Shown here piece after piece: positions 55,740-64,000 of a stretch of 64,000 nt of DNA. A program made the translations under genes and the position numbers. The DNA is from Lingula anatina. Its lineage: Eukaryota > Animalia > Brachiopoda. The notes under the pieces were generated by a model, which was not told where the DNA came from, did not search any database, and saw only the letters and a list, made by a program, of their open reading frames with translations. Position 1 is the first letter of the stretch. Each line of letters opens with the position of its first letter. The stretch lies in the NCBI GenBank assembly GCA_051362555.1, contig CM120641.1:31378401-31442400 (forward strand), written 5' to 3'.

Positions 55740-57167
55740 GTAATTTGTCACCTCTTACACAAACAAACTCAAATCATAATATTTGATGTTTAATGTGAGT
55801 CTAATTAGATGTTGTGAAATTGAAAAAAAAAAAATATTGTAGATAATTCTCACTCTTCGCATACAAAATGTCAATCAACTACAATTATATCACACACTGT
55901 CAACTGTTAAGCTTATCACAGATTTTTGTTATTGTTAAGCATCATCTCTCCAAATTTCACAAATGTTGAACAAGTTTTGTGAAAATTATTAACATTTAAC
56001 TATTTTAAGGCACCGCATTTTGCAGTCTTCTCAGTGTCATTTTCAGTTTTTACACATTTATATGCTCTGAAAATTCTTTTTCATGAGACACAGTCAACTG
56101 ATGAGCTTATCACAGATTTCTATTGTTGTTATGTATCATCTCTCCAAATTGCACAAACATTAGACAAGATTTGTGAAAATTATTAATGTTTAACTATTTT
56201 AAGCCATGGAATTTTGCAGTCTTTGCAATGTCATTTTAAGTTTTTTCACATTTATATGCTCTGAAAATTCTTTTTCATGAGACACATTCAACTGATGAGC
56301 TTATTACAGATTTTTATTGTTCTTATGCATCATCTTTCCAAATTTCACAAATATAGACAAAATTTGTGAAAATAATTAACGTTTAACTATTTTAAGCCAT
56401 GGAATTTTGCAGTCTTTTCAATGTCATTTTCAGTTTTCTCAATTTTATTGTCCAAAAAAATCTTTTTTATGAGACACAGGCAACTGATGAGCTTATCACA
56501 GATTTTTATTGTTGTTATGCATCATCTGTCCAAATTTCACAAATATTAGACAAGATTTGTGAAAATTATTAACGTTTAACTATTTTAAGGCACCGCATTT
56601 TGCAGTCTTTTCAATGTCATTTTCAGTTTTCTCAAATTTATTGTCCAAAAAAATCTTTTTCATGAGACACAGTCAACTGATGAGCTTATCACAGATTTTT
56701 ATTATTGTTATGCATCATCTGTCCAAATTTCACAAATTTTGGACAAGATTTGTGAAAAATATAAACATTTAAATATTTTATACCATGGAATTTGGCAGTC
56801 TTTTCAGTGTCATTTTCAGTTTTCTCACATTTATATGCTCTGAAAAATGTCAACTGTCAACTGATAAGCTTATCACAGATTTTTATTATTGTTATGCATC
56901 ATCTGTCCAAATGTCACAAATATTGGACAAGATTTTTGAAAATTATTAACATTTAACTATTTTAAGGCACCGCATTTGGCAGTCTTTTCAATGTCATTTT
57001 CAGTTTTTCTCAAATTTATATGTTCTGAAAATATCCTTTTTATTAGACACAGTCAACTGTTTAGGTTAAGTTTATCAAAATTACTGTTCAACTATTTTAG
57101 TGTGGGAAATTTGTCAATTTTTAGAATTTAATTTTCACTTTTTTCAAACATATTGTTCTTTTTCCAG

Positions 57168-57447
57168 GTGACCTTTTCCATAATGGCTTTTTTGGTGAAC
57201 TGATTCTTCCTGTCTAGTCAGGGCTAATTCCTATAAAAAAAAAAAGACAGCAAAAGACAACAGCAAGAGCGATGCTATGTCTCATCCATGTGTACAATAG
57301 ATGGTATATGGCAAGCTTTAGGACATTGTCAAATGGTGTGCTAAACCCTATTCCAGAAACCGATTGTAAGGAGGAATCTGCATCTGGTATTGGTAATAAG
57401 GAGATGTCTTAAATGGGTATATATTCTTTTCCAGAGGACAATTATGG
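57168..57447 (+). repeat. Cassette core, copy 27 (7-nt deletion, A-run +1; absent from ORF track)
   Basis: TTCCATAATGGC lacks CAGCGTG; CCTAT(A)11GACAGC. Confidence 0.9.
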
Positions 57448-58501
57448 GTAATTTGTCACCTCTTACACAAACAAACTCAAATCATAATATTTGATGTTTA
57501 ATGTGAATCTAATTAGATGTTGTGAAATTGAAAAAAAAATATTGTAGATAATTCTCACTCTTCGCATACAAAATGTCAGACAACTACAATTCTATCACAC
57601 ACTGTCAACTGTAAAGATTATCACAGATTTTTGTTATTGCTAAGCATCATCTCTCCAAATTTCACAAATATTGAACAAGTTTTGTGAAAATTATTAATAT
57701 TTAACTATTTTAAGGCACCGCATTTTCCAGTCTTTTCAGTTTCATTTTCAATTTTCTCAATTTCATTGTCCAAAAAAAAAAAAATCTTTTTAATGAGACA
57801 CAGTCAACTGATGAGTTTATCACAGATTTTTATTGTTGTTATGCATCATCTATCCAAATTTCACAAATATTAGACAAGATTTGTGAAAATTATTAATGTT
57901 TAACTATTTTAAGCCATGGAATTTGGCAGTCTTTTCAATGTCATTTTCAGTTTTCTCACATTTATATGCCCTGAAAAATGTTTTTCATGAGATGCAGTCA
58001 ACTGATGAGCTTATCACAGATTTTTATTATTGTTAAGCATCATCTGTCTAAATTTCACAAATATTGAACAAGTTTTGTGAAAATTGTTAACGTTTAACTA
58101 TTTTAAGGCACCGCATTTTGCAGTCTTCTCATTGTCATTTTCAATTTTCTCAAATTTATTGTCCAAAAAAATCTTTTAAATGAGACACAGTCAACTGATG
58201 AGCTTATCACAGATTTGTATTATTGTTATGCATCATCTATCTAAATTTCACAAATATTAGACAAGATTTGTGAAAATTATTAACGTTTAACTATTTCAAG
58301 CCATGGAATTTGGCAGTTTTTTCAATGTCATTTTCAGAATTTCTCAAATTTATATGTTCTGAAAATGTCCTTTTTATTAGACATAGTCAACTGTTTAGGT
58401 TAAGTTTATCAAAATAATTGTTCTACTATTTTAGTGTGGGAAATTTGTCAATATTTAGAATTTAATTTTCACTTTTATCAAACATATTGTTCTTTTTTCA
58501 G

Positions 58502-58740
58502 GTGACCTTTTCCATACAGCATGATGGCTTTTTTGGTGAACTGATTCTTCCTGTCTGGTCAGGGCTAATTCCTATAGAAAAAACAGACAGCAAAAGACAA
58601 CAGCAAGAGCAATGCTATGTCTCATCCATGTGTACAATAGATGGTATATGGCAAGCTTTAGGACATTGTCAAATGGTGTGCTAAACCCTATTCCAGAAAC
58701 CGATTGTAAGGAGGAATCTGCATCTGGTATTGGTAGTAAG
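58502..58740 (+). repeat. Cassette core, copy 28 (3'-truncated)
   Basis: Ends at GGTAGTAAG, then TAGATATTATTTTTG and satellite. The donor and tail are missing. Confidence 0.9.
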
Positions 58741-59423
58741 TAGATATTATTTTTGTTATTGTTAAGCATCATCTCTCCAAATTTGACAAATATTACACAA
58801 GATTTGTGAAAATTATTAACGTTTAACTATTTTAAGGCACCGCATTTTGCAGTCTTCTCAGTGTCATTTTCAATTTTCTCAAATTAATTGTCCAAAAAAA
58901 TCTTTTTAATGAGACACAGTCAACTGATGAGTTTATCACAGATTTGTATTGTTGTTATGCATCATCTATCCAAATTTCACAAATATTAGACAAGATTTGT
59001 GAAAATTATTAACGTTTAACTATTTTAAGGCACCGCATTTTGCAGTCTTTTCAATGTCATTTTCAGTTTTCTCAATTTTATTGTCCAAAAAAATCTTTTT
59101 TATGAGACACAGTCAACTGATGAGCTTATCACAGATTTTTATTGTTGTTATGCATCATCTATCCAAATTTCACAAATATTAGACAAGATTTGTGAAAATT
59201 ATTAACGTTTAACTATTTTAAGGCACCGCATTTGGCAGTCTTTTCAATGTCATTTTCAGTTTTTCTCAAATTTATATGTTCTGAAAATATCACTTTCATT
59301 AGACACAGTCAACTGTTTATGTTAAGTTTATCAAAATTACTGTTCAACTATTTTAGTGTGGGAAATTTGTCAATTTTTAGAATTCAATTTTCACTTTTAT
59401 CAAACATATTGTTCTTTTTCTAG

Positions 59424-59709
59424 GTGACCTTTTCCATACAGCGTGATGGATTTTTTGGTGAACTGATTCTTCCTGTCTGGTCAGGGCTAATTCCTATAGA
59501 AAAAACAGACAGCAAAAGACAACAGCAAGAGCAATGCTGTATCTCATCCATGTGTACAATAGATGGTATATGGCAAGCTTTAGGACATTGTCAAATGGTG
59601 TGCTAAACCCTATTCCAGAAACCGATTGTAAGGAGGAATCTGCATCTGGTATTGGTAATAAGGAGATGTCTTAAATGGGTATATATTCTTTTCCAGAGGA
59701 CAATTATGG
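59424..59709 (+). repeat. Cassette core, copy 29
   Basis: TAG|GT type with the TGCTGTATCTC variant. Confidence 0.9.
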
Positions 59710-60761
59710 GTAATTTGTCACCTCTTACACAAACAAACTCAAATCATAATATTTGATGTTTAATGTGAATCTAATTAGATGTTGTGAAATTGAAAAAAAA
59801 ATATTGTAGATAATTCTCACTCTTCGCATACAAAATGTCAGACAACTACAATTCTATCACACACTGTCAACTGTAAAGCTTATCACAGATTTTTGTTATT
59901 GCTAAGCATCATCTCTCCAAATTTTACAAATATTGAACAAGTTTTGTGAAAATTATTAATATTTAACTATTTTAAGGCACCGCATTTTGCAGTCTTTTCA
60001 GTTTCATTTTCAATTTTCTCAATTTCATTGTCCAAAAAAAAAAATCTTTTTAATGAGACACAGTCAACTGATGAGTTTATCACAGATTTTTATTGTTGTT
60101 ATGCATCATCTATCCAAATTTCACAAATATTAGACAAGATTTGTGAAAATTATTAATGTTTAACTATTTTAAGCCATGGAATTTGGCAGTCTTTTCAATG
60201 TCATTTTCAGTTTTCTCACATTTATATGCCCTGAAAAATGTTTTTCATGAGATGCAGTCAACTGATGAGCTTATCACAGATTTTTATTATTGTTAAGCAT
60301 CATCTGTCTAAATTTCACAAATATTGAACAAGTTTTGTGAAAATTGTTAACGTTTAACTATTTTAAGGCACCGCATTTTGCAGTCTTCTCAGTGTCATTT
60401 TCAATTTTCTCAAATTTATTGTCCAAAAAAATCTTTTAAATGAGACACAGTCAACTGATGAGCTTATCACAGATTTGTATTATTGTTATGCATCATCTAT
60501 CTAAATTTCACAAATATTAGACAAGATTTGTGAAAATTATTAACGTTTAACTATTTCAAGCCATGGAATTTGGCAGTTTTTTCAATGTCATTTTCAGAAT
60601 TTCTCAAATTTATATGTTCTGAAAATGTCCTTTTTATTAGACATAGTCAACTGTTTAGGTTAAGTTTATCAAAATAATTGTTCTACTATTTTAGTGTGGG
60701 AAATTTGTCAATATTTAGAATTTAATTTTCACTTTTATCAAACATATTGTTCTTTTTTCAG

Positions 60762-61047
60762 GTGACCTTTTCCATACAGCATGATGGCTTTTTTGGTGAA
60801 CTGATTCTTCCTGTCTGGTCAGGGCTAATTCCTATAGAAAAAACAGACAGCAAAAGACAACAGCAAGAGCAATGCTATGTCTCATCCATGTGTACAATAG
60901 ATGGTATATGGCAAGCTTTAGGACATTGTCAAATGGTGTGCTAAACCCTATTCCAGAAACCGATTGTAAGGAGGAATCTGCATCTGGTATTGGTAGTAAG
61001 GAGATGTCTTAAATGGGTATATATTCTTTTCCAGAGGACAATTATGG
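60762..61047 (+). repeat. Cassette core, copy 30
   Basis: TCAG|GT type. Confidence 0.9.
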
Positions 61048-61708
61048 GTAATTTGTCACCATTACACAAACAAACTCAAATCATAATATTTGATGTTTAA
61101 TGTGAGTCTAATTAGATGTTGTGAAATTGAAAAAAAAAATATTGTAGATAATTCTCACTCTTCGCATACAAAATGTCAATCAACTACAATTCTATCACAC
61201 ACTGTCAACTGTTAAGCTTATCACAGATTTTTTTTATTGTTAAGCATCATCTCTCTAAATTTCACAAATATTAGACAAGATTTGTGAAAATTATTAACGT
61301 TTAACTATTTTAAGGCACCGCATTTTGCAGTCTTTTCAATGTAATTTTCAGTCTTCTCAATTTTATTGTCCAAAAAAATCTTTTTTATGAGACACAGTCA
61401 ACTGATGAGCTTATCACAGATTTTTATTGTTGTTATGCATCATCTATCCAAATTTCACAAATATTAGACAAGATTTGTGAAAATTATTAACGTTTAACTA
61501 TTTTAAGGCACCGCATTTGGCAGTCTTTTCAATGTCATTTTCAGTTTTTCTCAAATTTATATGTTCTGAAAATATCACTTTCATTAGACACAGTCAACTG
61601 TTTATGTTAAGTTTATCAAAATTACTGTTCAACTATTTTAGTGTGGGAAATTTGTCAATTTTTAGAATTCAATTTTCATTTTTATCAAACATATTGTTCT
61701 TTTTCTAG

Positions 61709-61994
61709 GTGACCTTTTCCATACAGCGTGATGGATTTTTTGGTGAACTGATTCTTCCTGTCTGGTCAGGGCTAATTCCTATAGAAAAAACAGACAGCAA
61801 AAGACAACAGCAAGAGCAATGCTATGTCTCATCCATGTGTACAATAGATGGTATATGGCAAGCTTTAGGACATTGTCAAATGGTGTGCTAAACCCTATTC
61901 CAGAAACCGATTGTAAGGAGGAATCTGCATCTGGTATTGGTAATAAGGAGATGTCTTAAATGGGTATATATTCTTTTCCAGAGGACAATTATGG
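61709..61994 (+). repeat. Cassette core, copy 31
   Basis: TAG|GT type. Confidence 0.9.
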
Positions 61995-62658
61995 GTAATT
62001 TGTCACCTCTTACACAAACAAACTCAAATCATAATATTTGATGTTTAATGTGAATCTAATTAGATGTTGTGAAATTGAAAAAAAAATATTGTAGATAATT
62101 CTCACTCTTCGCATACAAAATGTCAGACAACTACAATTCTATCACACACTGTCAACTGTAAAGCTTATCACAGATTTTTGTTATTGCTAAGCATCATCTC
62201 TCCAAATTTTACAAATATTGAACAAGTTTTGTGAAAATTATTAATATTTAACTATTTTAAGGCACCGCATTTTGCAGTCTTTTCAGTTTCATTTTCAATT
62301 TTCTCAATTTCATTGTCCAAAAAAAAAATCTTTTTAATGAGACACAGTCAACTGATGAGTTTATCACAGATTTTTATTGTTGTTATGCATCATCTGTCCA
62401 AATTTCACAAATTTTGGACAAGATTTGTGAAAATTATTAACGTTTAACTATTTTAAGGCACCGCATTTTGCAGTCTTGTCAATGTCATTTTCAGTATTTC
62501 TCAAATTTATATGTTCTGAAAATATCCTTTTTATTAGACATAGTCAACTGTTTAGGTTAAGTTTATCAAAATTAACTTTCATCTATTTTAGTGTCGGAAA
62601 TTTGTCAATTTTTAGAATTTAATTTTCACTTTTATTAAACATATTGTTCTTTTTCCAG

Positions 62659-62944
62659 GTGACCTTTTCCATACAGCGTGATGGCTTTTTTCGTGAACTG
62701 ATTCTTCCTGTCTGGTCAGGGCTAATTCCTATAGAAAAAACAGACAGCAAAAGACAACAGCAAGAGCGATGCTATGTCTCATCTATGTGTACAATAGATG
62801 GTATATGGCAAGCTTTAGGACATTGTCAAATGGTGTGCTAAACCCTATTCCAGAAACTGATTGTAAGGAGGAATCTGCATCTGGTATTGGTAGTAAGGAG
62901 ATGTCTTAAATGGGTATATATTCTTTTCCAGAGGACAATTATGG
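62659..62944 (+). repeat. Cassette core, copy 32
   Basis: CCAG|GT type. Confidence 0.9.
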
Positions 62945-64000
62945 GTAATTTGTCACCTCTTACACAAACAAACTCAAATCATAATATTTGATGTTTAATG
63001 TGAGTCTAATTAGATGTTGTGAAATTGAAAAAAAAAATATTGTAGATAATTCTCACTCTTCGCATACAAAATGTCAATCAACTACAATTATATCACACAC
63101 TGTCAACTGTTAAGCTTATCACAGATTTTTGTTATTGTTAAGCATCATCTCTCCAAATTTCACAAATGTTGAACAAGTTTTGTGAAAATTATTAACATTT
63201 AACTATTTTAAGGCACCGCATTTTGCAGTCTTCTCAGTGTCATTTTCAGTTTTTACACATTTATATGCTCTGAAAATTCTTTTTCATGAGACACAGTCAA
63301 CTGATGAGCTCATCACAGATTTTTATTGTTGTTATGTATCATCTCTCCAAATTGCACAAACATTAGACAAGATTTGTGAAAATTATTAACGTTTAACTAT
63401 TTTAAGCCATGGAATTTTGCAGTCTTTGCAATGTCATTTTAAGTTTTTTCACATTTATATGCTCTGAAAATTCTTTTTCATGAGACACATTCAACTGATG
63501 AGCTTATTACAGATTTTTATTGTTCTTATGCATCATCTTTCCAAATTTCACAAATATAGACAAAATTTGTGAAAATAATTAACGTTTAACTATTTTAAGC
63601 CATGGAATTTGGCAATCGTTTCAGTGTTATTGTCAGTTTTCTCAAATTTATTGTCCAAAAAAAATCTTTTTCACGAGACACACTCAACTGCTGAGCTTAT
63701 CACAGATTTTTATTGTTGTTATGCATCATCTATCCAAATTTCACAAATATTAGACAAGATTTGTGAAAATTATTAACGTTTAACTATTTTAAGGCACTGC
63801 ATTTTGCAGTCTTTTCAATGTCATTTTCAGTTTTCTCAATTTTATTGTCCAAAAAAATCTTTTTTATGAGACACAGGCAACTGATGAGCTTATCACAGAT
63901 TTTTATTGTTGTTATGCATCATCTGTCCAAATTTCACAAATATTAGACAAGATTTGTGAATATTATTAACGTTTAACTATTTTAAGGCACCGCATTTTGC

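Larger units (their letters stand above)
1..64000. repeat. Composite satellite/macrosatellite array: [~560 bp cassette + n x ~193.5 bp monomer], running off both window ends
   Basis: The motifs GTCAACTGATGAGCTTATCACAGA and TTTGTGAAAATTATTAACG recur every ~193-194 bp throughout. The ORF track repeats the same few peptides. All units are head-to-tail and no inversion was seen. Confidence 0.99.

Noticed and set aside
58572-58772. Minus-strand 66-aa ORF
   Set aside because: Its start exists only because of the deletion junction in copy 28.
1-64000. CRISPR array or other repeat-spacer system
   Set aside because: Units are ~193 bp, intervening sequences are near-identical rather than unique, and there are no cas or RT genes or prokaryotic gene structure.

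Overview
The whole 64 kb is one eukaryotic-type composite tandem array with no credible protein-coding gene. About 230-240 (estimated) head-to-tail copies of an AT-rich ~193-194 bp satellite monomer, in two subtypes (A and B, often alternating), are interrupted 33 times (32 with an intact 5' end, 1 cut by the window start) by the same ~560 bp cassette, always in the same orientation and monomer phase. Each cassette consists of a decayed satellite monomer, a polypyrimidine tract ending in YAG|GT, a GC-richer 286-nt exon-like core with stops in all three frames, a GG|GTAATT donor-like site and ~150 bp of AT-rich tail. The core holds a ~75-nt hairpin of pri-miRNA dimensions that folds better on the + strand. 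Nested duplications of 0.39, 0.55, 2.4, 3.8, 5.1 and 9.2 kb are visible. My best hypothesis, which is inference only, is a + strand non-coding transcription unit whose near-identical exons or recursive splice points are separated by satellite-filled introns, possibly a multicopy small-RNA cluster. The null model is an inert complex satellite with a captured gene fragment. The organism cannot be identified from the sequence.
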